Of a stretch of 64,000 bases of DNA, positions 1-11,006 are shown in pieces (the stretch's first letter is position 1; every line of letters begins with the position of its first letter). This DNA is from an uncultured virus (IMG/VR IMGVR_UViG_3300022879_000001) (Duplodnaviria > Heunggongvirae > Uroviricota > Caudoviricetes): IMG/VR virus record IMGVR_UViG_3300022879_000001; one strand, 5' to 3'. A program made the translations under genes and the position numbers. The notes beneath the pieces are model-generated. The model was not told where the DNA came from and did no database searches. It saw only the letters and a list, made by a program, of their open reading frames with translations.

Positions 1-133
1 CACGAAAATGACATTGTACATTTACTTGACTTCAATTTTAATCTCAAAGAAGAGACTAGACCTTTGTCAGAAGAAGATAAAAATAGATACATAAAACGAG
101 CATAATAAAAGTCATAAAGATTGGAGGATGTAA

Positions 134-376
134 ATGTTCAAAGACAGGTTAAAAATAACTTTTCGATGAATTTTTGAGAACATTATAGCGCCTATATTAG
201 CGGTCATTGTGGTTGGTGGAGTCTTTTTATTCGTATCAATTAAAGTACCAATTTTAATTAATATCTCGATTTGGACATTGGGTGTATTTTTGGCTTTGGT
301 ATTACTGATAGGATTGATTATTTTTGTATATTGGTTATTTATTGAACCATTTAAGAAGCAAAAAGAGATTAAATAA
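134..376 (+). pseudogene. Small two-TM membrane protein with in-frame TGA
   Basis: GGAGG RBS, ATG 134, MFKDRLKITFR*IFENIIAPILAVIVVGG...; TGA at 167-169, frame continues to TAA 374-376. Confidence 0.6.
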
Positions 377-396
377 GAATCTTATTTGAAAAGGAG

Positions 397-600
397 ATGA
401 TGATCATGTACGGAAAAGCTAGTGGTTTGAAGGTTAAATTATTTACAGATTATACCGATGGGTATGTTGAAGATAAACTAAATAAATTCTTTGAAGATAA
501 TCCAGAAATAGAGGTCTTAGATATTAAATACTCAAAATCATATCACGTAGATGATGAAATGTACGGTACTGAGCGTGGAATGTTAATTTATAAAGCTTAA
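397..600 (+). CDS. Small protein, Cse60/DUF2758-like
   Basis: KVKLF...VEDKLNKF...VLDIKYS pattern recalled from the Cse60 family. Confidence 0.45.
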   Translation: MMIMYGKASGLKVKLFTDYTDGYVEDKLNKFFEDNPEIEVLDIKYSKSYHVDDEMYGTERGMLIYKA

Positions 601-637
601 ATAAAAGCCGTCTATTATAAAAAACAGAATAGGAGAG

Positions 638-799
638 ATCAATATTAAAAAGTGTCCACATTGCAATAAAGACTACTGTCAAGGTGATATGGTTGATATA
701 GGTATAGGTTTTGTTCAAGTATCAGAAGATACGCCTTCATGCGATTGTGAATATATTGAATGGATGAAAGAACAAGAGGTGATGGACAATGAATTTTAA
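638..799 (+). CDS. Small Cys-rich (zinc-finger-like) protein with non-canonical start
   Basis: AGGAG RBS at 631 followed by ATC/ATT; KKCPHCNKDYC...SCDCEY; open to TAA 797-799. Confidence 0.5.
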   Translation: MNIKKCPHCNKDYCQGDMVDIGIGFVQVSEDTPSCDCEYIEWMKEQEVMDNEF

Positions 800-1199
800 T
801 CAATTTTTATTAGAGAATGAAACGGTTATTGGTAAGCAAATATGGATCGTAGATTACCGTAGAGGTAAATCAGGAGGTTACGTAAGACACGTACCGCCTA
901 CATTAGTAAAGGTAACATGCAATTCAGAATTACCTAAGAATAAACGTGTTTATTATTCGGATTATCATTTTAGAAAAGTTAAGAATGGAAAAGTAAGTAA
1001 AGAAATACTTGCTCCTTATGACAATACAGGATACAGAAGTTATACAGGTGTTAGTGTAAATATCTTTTATACATACGAAGAAGCTGCTAAAAAGTATAAT
1101 GAACAGATTGAAGAGATTATTTACTTATACAATAATGAAATTAAAAATATAAGAAATGAAATGGATGAAGTAAATGATAGGAAAATAAAAATTACATAA
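789..1199 (+). CDS. Hypothetical phage protein
   Basis: 136-aa ORF with GAGGTG RBS. Confidence 0.7.
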   Translation: MNFNQFLLENETVIGKQIWIVDYRRGKSGGYVRHVPPTLVKVTCNSELPKNKRVYYSDYHFRKVKNGKVSKEILAPYDNTGYRSYTGVSVNIFYTYEEAAKKYNEQIEEIIYLYNNEIKNIRNEMDEVNDRKIKIT

Positions 1200-1448
1200 T
1201 ACAGATGTATTATTGAAAGGAGAAATGTAATGAATGATTATATTGTAAAAGTGTTTGATAGACATCCAATGACACATAATGAATGGTTTCTTGTAAAGTC
1301 AGGCAATAAAAAAGAAGCAATAAATAAAGTGCATCATAGGCTTGGTGGTGAATATTTTAAAAAAGATTTGAAGGCATTTACGCTTCAAGAGTTTTACGAC
1401 AATGAAGACATTGTGGTTATACATTAATCATTAACAGATAAAGGAGAG

Positions 1449-1790
1449 ATTACTATTCAATTACATAGAGCGTATGATGGTGGAGATTGGATTTATGGAA
1501 CGACATTCGCACAAGATCAAGGAGACTCCTCAATTTGGTGGCATATATATGAACATGATGAAGCTGCTATGGTAGGTAAGCCAGAACCATCAATTGGAGA
1601 AACAGATAAGAATGGGAAAGAAGTATTTTTAAATGACATTATCAAACATAGACTAGGGACAGGTGTTATCCAGTATGCAAATGGAGAGTATTATGTAGAT
1701 TGGCGAAATGGAATGTATTATGTTAGTAGGATGTGTATGTTAAAAAATACATATGAAGTAATTGGTAATTTAACTGAAGAGAAATTGTAA
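1449..1790 (+). CDS. YopX-family protein
   Basis: TDKNGKEVFLNDII...YEVIGNL motif; frame open upstream to an ATT at 1449 just after an AAGGAG RBS. Confidence 0.7.
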   Translation: MTIQLHRAYDGGDWIYGTTFAQDQGDSSIWWHIYEHDEAAMVGKPEPSIGETDKNGKEVFLNDIIKHRLGTGVIQYANGEYYVDWRNGMYYVSRMCMLKNTYEVIGNLTEEKL

Positions 1791-1809
1791 GATTGAGGAG
1801 TTGATAGAT

Positions 1810-3450
1810 TGATAAAAATAAAACACTGGTCATTTACAATGGATTATGAAACAAATGAAATTGTTATGAAATCTGTAGTAGATGGTGAAGAAATACAGTT
1901 GAGAGTATGTGAAAAAGATATTAAAAGTATGCAAAGTTGGTTTGATTTAGCTAGACATATGAAGAAAAATTCAAATAGCTGAAAGGTGGGAAAAATGGTT
2001 GAATTTTATAGAGAGAATACTGTTTAAGTTAATTGATAGAAGATATGAAAAAGGGAAAGTGTTGTTTTTAGACGATGTAACCGATCTAATAGACGAATTA
2101 AAAGATAATGATAAACTATGGAATATTATAAATAAACAAGAAAAAGAAATCGACAGACTAAATAAGGAGATAATGAAGTTACAATATGAAATTGACTCAC
2201 CTATGGTAATGTTGAATGAAATTAGAAAAGAGCGATTAGCTAGGGGCTTTAGATAGAAGTTATTAATTACATAAAAGAGATATATTATGAGAAGGGAGAG
2301 TATTTTGATGGTTAAAATATATATTGATGAAAGAAGAGATTGTATGGCTTCTGGAGGAATGAGTGAATGCGATATTGATAACTTGAAAATCGTATGTGAT
2401 ACTTCTAAAGGAAAGAAGGAAGTACTAGTTTATATTAATAATGAAATTGTTTTTGGTAGAGATTTTTCTAGAGATGCAAGATTAATCAGTAATCATGTTC
2501 AAATTTATGATGAGAATTAAATAATAGGAATCTATTAAAGAAAGGACAGGTATTTATGAGCAATCACAGTAGAGTTGAGAAAACAATAGCCGAAAACATC
2601 AAGTTGAATTTAGGTGGTGGCGCAGATGCTACTGTAAATCTACATTTGAATGAGGAAGGGTTCTTACTTATCGAAGGACTAGGACTAGACTATGTAGAGT
2701 ATTCATTTGCACAACATGAAAATGATTTATTAGAAATTCAAATCTTATATCCCCATGATTATGGTGAGGAGTGATTGAATGTTTAAAATCATTCCTGTAA
2801 TGCAGTATCAAGACACTTTCTCTGCAAATTTATATTTTCAAAGTAAGAATATCGGTGGTGTCGGTAAGGATGACGAGGGGATATACGTAAACTTAAATAA
2901 AAGACTTACTGTTTCTCAAATGGCTGAATTATTAAAAACGATCAATATTATTGGTAAGGATTTCGGTAAAGAAGAAGTAAAATTTCAGTATGCTGAGGAC
3001 TTTAAATAAAAACTAAATATTATTTAATACATAAAACTAGGAGGATGATGTTATGTCTGAAGAGTACGTTGGATCTTTTATGGAGGTAATTAATACATTG
3101 GATGAGTGTTCGAAGAAGGATTTGCCACAAGAGTACAAACAATACTGCGAAGCAATGAAGAAGATATTTATGGGTATTGAACAGATAAATATCGAACTTA
3201 ATAAAAACTTTAATAATATTTTAGGAAATAGAAACATTTTAAATTAATTGGAGGAAGAACAATGGAATACTTAAACCAAATTCAAGTACTTGAAGAAGAG
3301 AATAAGTTATTACGTAAAGCACTTGAGTATTACGCAGACACAAAACACTACGAACCATATTGTATTCAAATGGGAGATTACGCTTCTGACGTTACTGAAG
3401 ACAATGGTGAGATAGCACGTCAAGTATTAAATAAAAGGAACATATTATAA
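1810..3450 (+). other. Array of about 7 small hypothetical ORFs (e.g. 1999-2256, 2287-2520, 2556-2774, 2779-3009, 3053-3247, 3262-3450)
   Basis: Co-oriented 60-85 aa ORFs, each with an RBS. Confidence 0.7.
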
Positions 3451-3493
3451 GAACATTGGGAGTCGATTTAAAAGTCGGCTCTCGAATATTAAA

Positions 3494-3542
3494 TAATAAA
3501 ATACATAAAATACTTTACATTCAACAAAATAATGGATATACT
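3494..3542 (+). promoter_or_regulatory. SigA promoter with conserved upstream element (copy 1)
   Basis: TAATAAAATACATAAAATAC-TTTACA-17bp-TATACT. Confidence 0.7.
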
Positions 3543-3578
3543 ATAACTAACAAGAAAATCACAAAGGGGTTGCGAATA

Positions 3579-4649
3579 ATGGTTATGGCTAATTATAGAA
3601 CATCTTATATTAATGAGTATATTGGTGAAAGTATTGAAGAATTTCTACGATTTAAAGGTAAAAAATCAACTAATACAGAAAAAACGTACAGATCAGCATT
3701 AAACATGGTGTTCAAAGATATTTTATCTAAAAGAGAATATAAGTATATTACAGTAAGCGATATTGAAGATGGATTGAATTCAGATGTACTATTTGAATAC
3801 TTTGATGATTTATTTTATTGTGAAAAAGAAGATGGTAAAAGAAAGTATTCAAACCAAACAATAAATAATAGACAGTCAGCAATTAAATCACTTATTAAAC
3901 ATTTAAGAAATAGAAAGGTAATTAAATATGATTTAAATGATTTAACAGTCATAGAATCACTACCTGACACGGGTGAAGAAATAGAAATGATACCTTTTGA
4001 TTTGGCTATGGAGTATGCCGAATACTTTGCTAAGGAAGATCAAGGGTTGGAAAAATCGTTAATAATTAATTTAGCTGCTGAAACAGGTATGAGAGCAAGC
4101 GAACTATTATCTGTAGAATGGTCAAATTTCATCGAAGCTGATGATGGTGTTATTTTGAAATCTTATGGTTATAAAAAAGGTAAAGGAAATCAAGAATGGA
4201 TTGATAAAATCAGTAAGGACTTGTATAATGAGCTTTTACAATTGAAATCAATTGGAAATAATATTAAATTATTCACTCTTACTTATAAGCAATTAGTAGG
4301 TCTAATGGAAAGAGGAAATAATCTTTTAAATAAAACAGGTATCAACTACTCCTTCCACTCATTTAAAAAGCTTGCGGTAACTATGTGTTATTTAAATAAT
4401 AACAACTGTATTGACACAGCTATGAAAAAAGCAAGACATAGTAATGTAAATACCACTATGAGATATTTGAGATTAACTAATTTAAATGTTACAGGTATTA
4501 TATCTGCAAAAATGAATACTTCTGAAGAGATGTATAAAACAGTTTCTCATGAGTTATTGTTAGAATGTTTAGAAGAAATGCGTCCAGAAATGTTATTATT
4601 ACTAAATAATAAGATAAAAAATAAAGTGTCTAAGAGTGATTACCTATGA
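3579..4649 (+). CDS. Tyrosine recombinase, YopP/SroD-like
   Basis: ETGMRASELL, FHSFKK, ARHSN..TTMRY motifs; RBS AAAGGGG before ATG 3579; first gene of a YopPQR-like triad. Confidence 0.8.
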   Translation: MVMANYRTSYINEYIGESIEEFLRFKGKKSTNTEKTYRSALNMVFKDILSKREYKYITVSDIEDGLNSDVLFEYFDDLFYCEKEDGKRKYSNQTINNRQSAIKSLIKHLRNRKVIKYDLNDLTVIESLPDTGEEIEMIPFDLAMEYAEYFAKEDQGLEKSLIINLAAETGMRASELLSVEWSNFIEADDGVILKSYGYKKGKGNQEWIDKISKDLYNELLQLKSIGNNIKLFTLTYKQLVGLMERGNNLLNKTGINYSFHSFKKLAVTMCYLNNNNCIDTAMKKARHSNVNTTMRYLRLTNLNVTGIISAKMNTSEEMYKTVSHELLLECLEEMRPEMLLLLNNKIKNKVSKSDYL

Positions 4650-4702
4650 CAAGACAGAGAAAAAGTGGTAAAATAACTCTAGTGCGAAAGGGGCATTAGT
4701 AT

Positions 4703-6037
4703 ATGCAAATTAATAAAACTAGAGAACAGTTAGAAATAGAAATTAAAAGCTTAATACAGTTATTTGCTTCAACAATTAGTAAAAAAGAGGTAGAATTAAT
4801 TGTTGAGCATTTACATGGTAAACATGGAATTAAAAAAACTAGTATTTATTCACTATTCAATAATTCAAACAATGTTGGAAGGCTTACTCAAGAAGAGATT
4901 GCTTTATTTGGTGAACAACTAGTCATTAAATTAGGTATTGATCAAAACGAATGGATGAACGTCTGGTTTACAGAACGTGAGAGAAAAGAGTTTGGAAGTT
5001 ATCAATTTGTAGATGTTCAATCAATGGATGAGATTGATTTCCCAATGGTAAAACAAAATGTAGTCGATCTGGGTGATGGATATTATCTAACGTCTTTTAC
5101 AAAACAGGAACTAGGTAGACTTTATAAATATGGCAAATTAGATTATAACCCTAATGTACAAAGAGGTATGCGAAAGGTCGTAAGATATGGATTAGTATCA
5201 GAAGAGCCTATAGTATTAAAAAAGAAAGTAAATGAAATTAGAAACTTAACTTTAAAAAATAAACTAAGACCATCTACTGTTATTTTTAACGCTAAACAAT
5301 ACAGTTCTGAAGAAGAGTCAGAATTAATTTATGATAATGATAAGAATACATTAACCATAACTGAGGGTACAGTGTTAGACATAGTTGATGGTATGCATAG
5401 AACTTTAGGTACTTATAGTGCTTATATTAGAGATAAAAATATACAAGGGTCTTTTCCTGTAATTATATCCAACAAATCAGATGAGGAAATTAAGAGATAC
5501 CAATTAGATTTAAATAAACACACTCCTCTTACTAAAGGTAGAGCCAATGAATTAAAAGAAGAAAACTATGCAAGTGATGTAATAAGTATTTTAAAATCTA
5601 AAGGTGAACTTAAAGATAGAATTACAACAAGTACGGATATTAAACATTCTTTAAAGGGTAATGAATTTATTCCATATAACATTTTATATAATGCAATAAG
5701 TAATGTTTATAAAATCAGTAGTCGATTAGAAGCTAGAAAAATTGCTGAGGAAATAAATGAATATTTAGTTTATTTATTTGGAGTTTTTGGTAAGCATGAG
5801 AATGATGAATACAAGGTTCTATTTGATGCTGATATCTTTGAAGGTCATTTAGCATTAATGAAGAAGATGAATGAAAATGAAATGAAGTATGATGAATTAG
5901 AAAAAATTATTGATATTAATGAATTCCATATAGAAAATGAACGTTGGAATGAATACAAATTATTAAATAAGAATATAGGTAAACTGTCTAAAAAAGACAG
6001 AAATAATATAGTTAAGTACTTTGAGAGTCTGATCTAG
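4703..6037 (+). CDS. DGQHR/DndB-like (ParB-fold) protein, YopQ/SroE-like
   Basis: YNPNVQRG and IVDGMHR motifs; lies between two recombinase-fold genes. Confidence 0.75.
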   Translation: MQINKTREQLEIEIKSLIQLFASTISKKEVELIVEHLHGKHGIKKTSIYSLFNNSNNVGRLTQEEIALFGEQLVIKLGIDQNEWMNVWFTERERKEFGSYQFVDVQSMDEIDFPMVKQNVVDLGDGYYLTSFTKQELGRLYKYGKLDYNPNVQRGMRKVVRYGLVSEEPIVLKKKVNEIRNLTLKNKLRPSTVIFNAKQYSSEEESELIYDNDKNTLTITEGTVLDIVDGMHRTLGTYSAYIRDKNIQGSFPVIISNKSDEEIKRYQLDLNKHTPLTKGRANELKEENYASDVISILKSKGELKDRITTSTDIKHSLKGNEFIPYNILYNAISNVYKISSRLEARKIAEEINEYLVYLFGVFGKHENDEYKVLFDADIFEGHLALMKKMNENEMKYDELEKIIDINEFHIENERWNEYKLLNKNIGKLSKKDRNNIVKYFESLI

Positions 6038-6049
6038 GGGGAATAACGG

Positions 6050-7024
6050 ATGTATAATGTTGAATACAAGGAAGCCTTTTTAGAAGCGTCTGAACATGCT
6101 GAAGAAACTAAGAATCAATATAGGTTGTATTTTAAAAAAACCGAACCTTTCGAAAATCAAAAAGGTAAAGATTTATTTGATATGGATTTTGATATGCTGG
6201 AAGAGCTGTTTTATTGGGTACAAAGAAAAACAGAACGTTCTGCTGTAAACTTCTTTAATACAATTAAGAATTATATTACATGGGCAAAAGACAATGGTTA
6301 TGGAGAAAGTCCACTTAATCCAATTATCGATACAATTAATACGGAATTTGTTTCAAAATATTTATATAAAGAAGGAATAAAATATTATACTAGAAAAGAT
6401 TTATTTAAGTATTTTGAGAACATGAATAATGTAAGAGACAAAGCTTTGGTCTTAGCTTTATTTGAAGGTATCAGTGGAAATAAGTTTTCAGAAATTATTA
6501 ATTTAAGAAGAGAAGATCTCTCAGAAAAAGAAGACAGATACTATGCTTCTCTACTAAGTGATGAAGTTGATTTAACTAATAGACAATTAGAAATATCAAA
6601 AGAGCTATATGATATGTTGATCGAAACTTACAATACACAAGAATACAAAAGTGTAAACGGAAGAGTAAACCGAGTTGTTGATGGAGAATATATCTTCAGA
6701 AAGAGTCGTCTCGGTAAATCTGATGTAAGAATAACAATACCTATGCTACAGAGTATTATTATTAATGTAGTAAAAGTTGCATTTGACGATGTGCAGATAA
6801 CAACGACATCTATTAACAACTCTGGGGTAATGTATTATGCAAATGAATTTATGAGCAGCGATAGAGTTCTCACAAAAGAAATAGCAACTAAAGTGACAGA
6901 AAAATTTGATTTATATAGTTTGGAAGTTAAAGGTAAGAAATATCCTTCGTTTATGAGATTTAAAGAAATTATAGATATAGATTATATGGAAGAAGAGTAT
7001 GGGAATTTTAAATTAGACTTCTAG
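6050..7024 (+). CDS. Integrase-fold master repressor, YopR (MrpR/SroF)-like
   Basis: MYNVEYKEAFL...FENQKGKDLFD N-terminus; LFEGISG.KFSEI lacks the catalytic Arg; synteny. Confidence 0.75.
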   Translation: MYNVEYKEAFLEASEHAEETKNQYRLYFKKTEPFENQKGKDLFDMDFDMLEELFYWVQRKTERSAVNFFNTIKNYITWAKDNGYGESPLNPIIDTINTEFVSKYLYKEGIKYYTRKDLFKYFENMNNVRDKALVLALFEGISGNKFSEIINLRREDLSEKEDRYYASLLSDEVDLTNRQLEISKELYDMLIETYNTQEYKSVNGRVNRVVDGEYIFRKSRLGKSDVRITIPMLQSIIINVVKVAFDDVQITTTSINNSGVMYYANEFMSSDRVLTKEIATKVTEKFDLYSLEVKGKKYPSFMRFKEIIDIDYMEEEYGNFKLDF

Positions 7025-7028
7025 GATA

Positions 7029-7062
7029 AAAAGGACTGAATGTAAAGCATTCGGCTTCCTTT
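7029..7062 (+). terminator. Probable intrinsic terminator after the repressor operon
   Basis: AAAGGA-CTGAATG...CATTCGG-TTCCTTT imperfect hairpin. Confidence 0.5.
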
Positions 7063-7170
7063 ATACATAAAATAAAGAAATACACAAGATGTGTTTAATT
7101 TTTGTTAATAATATTTAAATAATGATTTACATATACATTAAATATTATTAAGAAGTATCGAACATAAACA

Positions 7171-7223
7171 AGAACAAGTGTTTGTATTTTAGTATTGACA
7201 TAATTTTGGATGATTGGTAAAAT
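7171..7223 (+). promoter_or_regulatory. LexA (SOS) box plus strong SigA promoter
   Basis: AGAACAAGTGTTTG (7171-7184) vs the Bacillus CGAACRNRYGTTYG consensus; TTGACA 7195-7200, 17 bp, TGnTAAAAT. Confidence 0.7.
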
Positions 7224-7285
7224 TGAATTATAGCAATGATGAATAACACTATAGTTATAGTAAATTACTTTTTAAAAGGGGGAAT

Positions 7286-7732
7286 ATGAGCATGAGATTA
7301 GCAAAAATTGAGGCAGAGCTAGCTATTTATGACCAAACACCAGAGGAGCTGCTTTCTCTATATGATGGATTAATACCTTCCGATGGTCTTTCTATAACGA
7401 ACATTAAAGGTAAAAAAATACTGAATGAGTGTCTTGGTTTGAAGTTTACAGAAATAATTGAAATTAGAGATGATGAGGAGATAGTTTTCTTGCAAGAAAA
7501 AGCAGAATTAAAGTACTATCCTTCTAGCAACAAAACATTTAATGTGAACGACATGATCAGAATTGAGGAAAGAGGGGATTACAATATCATCTTAACTAAT
7601 ATGCTAGCATTCTTGTACAACAGCGAGTCACAGACTACTATCGAGATGGAGAATGTAAAAAATATTAAAGAGGTGAAGATGTATCTAGAGAAGAATTATT
7701 CGCAATACATAGTACTACGTAAAATTACCTGA
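7286..7732 (+). CDS. Hypothetical protein, likely SOS-regulated
   Basis: 148-aa ORF with AAGGGG RBS directly downstream of the LexA-box promoter. Confidence 0.7.
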   Translation: MSMRLAKIEAELAIYDQTPEELLSLYDGLIPSDGLSITNIKGKKILNECLGLKFTEIIEIRDDEEIVFLQEKAELKYYPSSNKTFNVNDMIRIEERGDYNIILTNMLAFLYNSESQTTIEMENVKNIKEVKMYLEKNYSQYIVLRKIT

Positions 7733-8072
7733 TTATATTAAGAATTAATAAAATTTAATATTAGGGTGTGGTATTGGTTGTGTATCTGATGTCGCACCTT
7801 GAAATTAATATATTGAAAAATACATAAAGGTGGTATATCATGGTTAAAAAGTATACTAAAAAAAGATATGATGATTTTGGATTATTCATTATTCCTAACA
7901 GGTGGAGAGAAGGTTTTAAAATTATAAGAGATGAAGATGAATGGATATTTGATAAAACTTATAAAGATAAAGAATCAGCACAAAGTTGGATAGATGAAAT
8001 GATCAATCTTATAGATAATTCTAAAGCTAATTGGAATGCAAATAAATATAATACATAACAGAGGTAATACAT

Positions 8073-8462
8073 ATGATAAAAATTTATACTGATAGCAGTT
8101 ATAAAGATGGAGTATCAACTCATCATTATTATGTGATGAATGGTAATAAAAGAATTAAAAGAAGAACATTTATAGGATTTGATGAATCATCTAATAAAGC
8201 TGAAGCTACAACTATAATTAAAGCTTTACAGATGGTGTTAAAGAAGGGATGGGAGAATGTAACTGTACACACAGATTCATTAGTTACTGTTTTTGGAGTT
8301 AAACATGGAAAGTTTAGTAATGAAGATTTTAGATACATAGCACATTTACTTAAAATAACAAAATCAAACATACAATGGAAGAACCGAAGACATTACCGAA
8401 TTAAAATAGCTGATACTGAATGTCGTAAGATGATGAAAACTAAATTAAGACGAGTAGTTTAA
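8073..8462 (+). CDS. RNase H-like protein
   Basis: IYTDSS...SNKAE...VHTDS...IAD acidic catalytic pattern. Confidence 0.8.
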   Translation: MIKIYTDSSYKDGVSTHHYYVMNGNKRIKRRTFIGFDESSNKAEATTIIKALQMVLKKGWENVTVHTDSLVTVFGVKHGKFSNEDFRYIAHLLKITKSNIQWKNRRHYRIKIADTECRKMMKTKLRRVV

Positions 8463-8723
8463 AAATACATATACATAAAGGTGAGATAGAATTGAATAAG
8501 GATATTGTAAATTTAAAGAATACTTTCGATGTAATTATTAATGAATACAACGACGGTTCAATGCTTAATGATGAAGACAGTATGATGACTTGGACAGCTA
8601 AATGTGATTGGCTTATTAAGCGAATGGTAGACATTAAAGTAGGTGCAGGATTCAAGTATTTTGAGCTACAAAAAGAGTATAATCCACTTCAGGAAAATAG
8701 CAATGTAGGAGAAGGTGAGGATA

Positions 8724-8894
8724 CTGAATAAGTTTAAGGACATTAATGTAATTGGTCATTGTGCAAATAAGGATTGTTCAAATGAATTAGTTAGAGAAGA
8801 TGAGTATCTGATAGATGATCGTAATTTATATTGTGATTCAATTTGCTACACTAGCTATATGTTAGAGGTAGGAACAGTAAGAGAAATTAAATAA
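8724..8894 (+). CDS. Small Cys-rich protein with CTG start
   Basis: GGTGAGG RBS; HCANKDC...YCDSIC; open to TAA 8892-8894. Confidence 0.5.
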   Translation: MNKFKDINVIGHCANKDCSNELVREDEYLIDDRNLYCDSICYTSYMLEVGTVREIK

Positions 8895-9295
8895 TAAAAT
8901 ACATAATGTATAGATATTATTTAAAATTAGTAATACATAAACGATGTTTAAGGATATTTAAAAACATAATTATCAAAAATATAATACATAAATGGAGAAA
9001 ATACATAATGACCCAATACATAGTTTCGTTAGTTTTAAATGGTGACGAATATAACGTAAATGTAAAGAAAGAAAACAAGGAAGATGCTTTACAGTATGCG
9101 AAGGACAAGCTTAAGTTTGACAAGATAATTGGAGTAGCTGAAAAGTTAGACTTTAAACGTAAACGTTTTGGCTATTTAGGCAATCCAGATCGTACACCAT
9201 ATGGCAGTAGAAGTAAGGATATGAAAGCAGCTAAGAATACTAAGCGTAGTCAAATCAAGTATGTAAAATAACATATACATAAAAGGAGAAATTAA

Positions 9296-10045
9296 ATGTC
9301 GAATGAAATTATTTTTGTACAAAGTGAATTCATGAGAAATGAAAACGTTTATCGTGATGAAGTTTTAGAAAAGGTTAAAATTATTCCAAGTCTAAAGGTA
9401 ACTGATGAAGTAACAGTGGAAATGGCTTCTAATTATTATGAAGTACCAATTGAGACAATAAAAAGCGTAATTAAGCGTCATAGAGATGAGTTTAACGACT
9501 ATCAAGAGGTAAGAGTTTTAAAAGGAAAATCATTGAAAGAATTTTGTGAGGTGCATCCTGAACCTGACAAAATAATATCCAGTAAAACTAGATCATTACA
9601 ATTAATTAATCGCAGAGGGCTGTTACGACTAGGCATGGTGTTAACGGAATCAGAAGTAGCAATTTCAATTCGTAACTATTTATTAAATGTAGAGGAAATA
9701 TCAGATAAGAAGCAAAGAGAATGGGCAGTAGAACGTGAAATTTCAAAGCGTAATCGTAGAATGCTTACTGATGCCATTAAAGAGTTTTGTGCAGGATTGA
9801 TGAAAGGACATGAGTACTCTACATATACAAACTTAGTTTACAGTATTGTATTTGATTGTAAAGCTAGTGATTTGCGTGAATTATACGACTTAGAAAAGAA
9901 GGAACAAATCAGAGATTCTTTGACTACAGAAGATTTAGAGAAGGTTGTAGAGGTTGAAAAAGTTATTACTTCATTATTGAAGATAGGAAAAGATTATGAA
10001 TACATAAAAAGCGAGTTGCAGAAGTATAAACATAATTTTAATTAA
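9296..10045 (+). CDS. Putative phage DNA-binding/antirepressor-like protein
   Basis: N-terminal VTVEMASNYYEV...IKRHRDEF wHTH-like segment; RRGLLRLGMVLTESEVA. Confidence 0.5.
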   Translation: MSNEIIFVQSEFMRNENVYRDEVLEKVKIIPSLKVTDEVTVEMASNYYEVPIETIKSVIKRHRDEFNDYQEVRVLKGKSLKEFCEVHPEPDKIISSKTRSLQLINRRGLLRLGMVLTESEVAISIRNYLLNVEEISDKKQREWAVEREISKRNRRMLTDAIKEFCAGLMKGHEYSTYTNLVYSIVFDCKASDLRELYDLEKKEQIRDSLTTEDLEKVVEVEKVITSLLKIGKDYEYIKSELQKYKHNFN

Positions 10046-10102
10046 TACCACTCTATTATTAAAAAATACATAGTTTAATTATAAAACAGAAAGGAAGAAG
10101 TT

Positions 10103-10540
10103 ATGAACCAAGTTCATGAATTAAAAATTTTAAATGAGTATTTTGAGGGAGTTAATGAAGGGCTAAAAACCTTTGAAATTCGTAAAAATGACCGAAACTT
10201 TCAAGTTGGAGATTTTCTGTTATTAAAAGAATATACTGGAGAGCAATTCACAGGACGAGAAATATTACAACAAGTCACTTACATGACAAATTACGAGCAA
10301 AAAGAAGGTTATGTTGTCATGTCAATTCAAAGTGTACCAATTAGTTTTGGTTTTTATTTGAACATGAGTGAGAAAGAGAAGACTGTTTTTAAGAAGGTCA
10401 TTACTCACATGCATTTGTACGGAACAGGAGTCAGGGATGTAACCAATACTTTTTGGGAAATTATTGACGAACTTATAGAACGACGTGGGTTAACAGAATC
10501 AGACCAACAATGGTATATGGAATTTTGGAATGAAGATTAA
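10103..10540 (+). CDS. ASCH/PUA-like DUF3850 protein
   Basis: HELKI...G.KTFEIRKNDRNFQVGD.L.L.EY motif. Confidence 0.85.
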   Translation: MNQVHELKILNEYFEGVNEGLKTFEIRKNDRNFQVGDFLLLKEYTGEQFTGREILQQVTYMTNYEQKEGYVVMSIQSVPISFGFYLNMSEKEKTVFKKVITHMHLYGTGVRDVTNTFWEIIDELIERRGLTESDQQWYMEFWNED

Positions 10541-10577
10541 TCGAAAAGAAAATGTACAGGAAGGATGATATATGTAG

Positions 10578-10943
10578 ATGGATATTTTAACAGATTATAG
10601 AGATTTAATAGGTAAGAAAATTGTATTTTCACATATGGCTCAGTTTGCAGAGTAAATCACATTAGCAACAGAAGACGGTTGTGTATTAATGGCAACATTT
10701 GATTATGATGAAATGGCAGAAGAATCAAGAGTAAGGGTTATGTATCCTCATTCCGTAATTCGAGTACTAAACGAACAGGAATGGATACGTAATGAATTAG
10801 GCAGATTAGGTATTTTTGATATTGAAAAATATAAAGAAGAACAGCGTATCAAACAAGAAAAAGAAAAAGAGGAATATCGTAAAAAGCAAGAAGTGAAAGA
10901 ACGTGCCGAATACGAACGTTTAAAGGCTAAATTCGAAAAGTAA
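10578..10943 (+). pseudogene. Hypothetical protein interrupted by in-frame TAA
   Basis: ATG 10578 is in frame with ORF 10689-10943; TAA at 10653-10655. Confidence 0.6.
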
Positions 10944-11006
10944 TCACTGAAAATGATATTAAATAATAGTGGAATTTTATCTAAAAAAAAATAAGGAGGT
11001 TTTAGT

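Noticed and set aside
134..10655. Stop-codon reassignment to explain in-frame stops
   Set aside because: The stops differ (TGA, TAA), all three stop codons end genes normally, and no suppressor tRNA was seen
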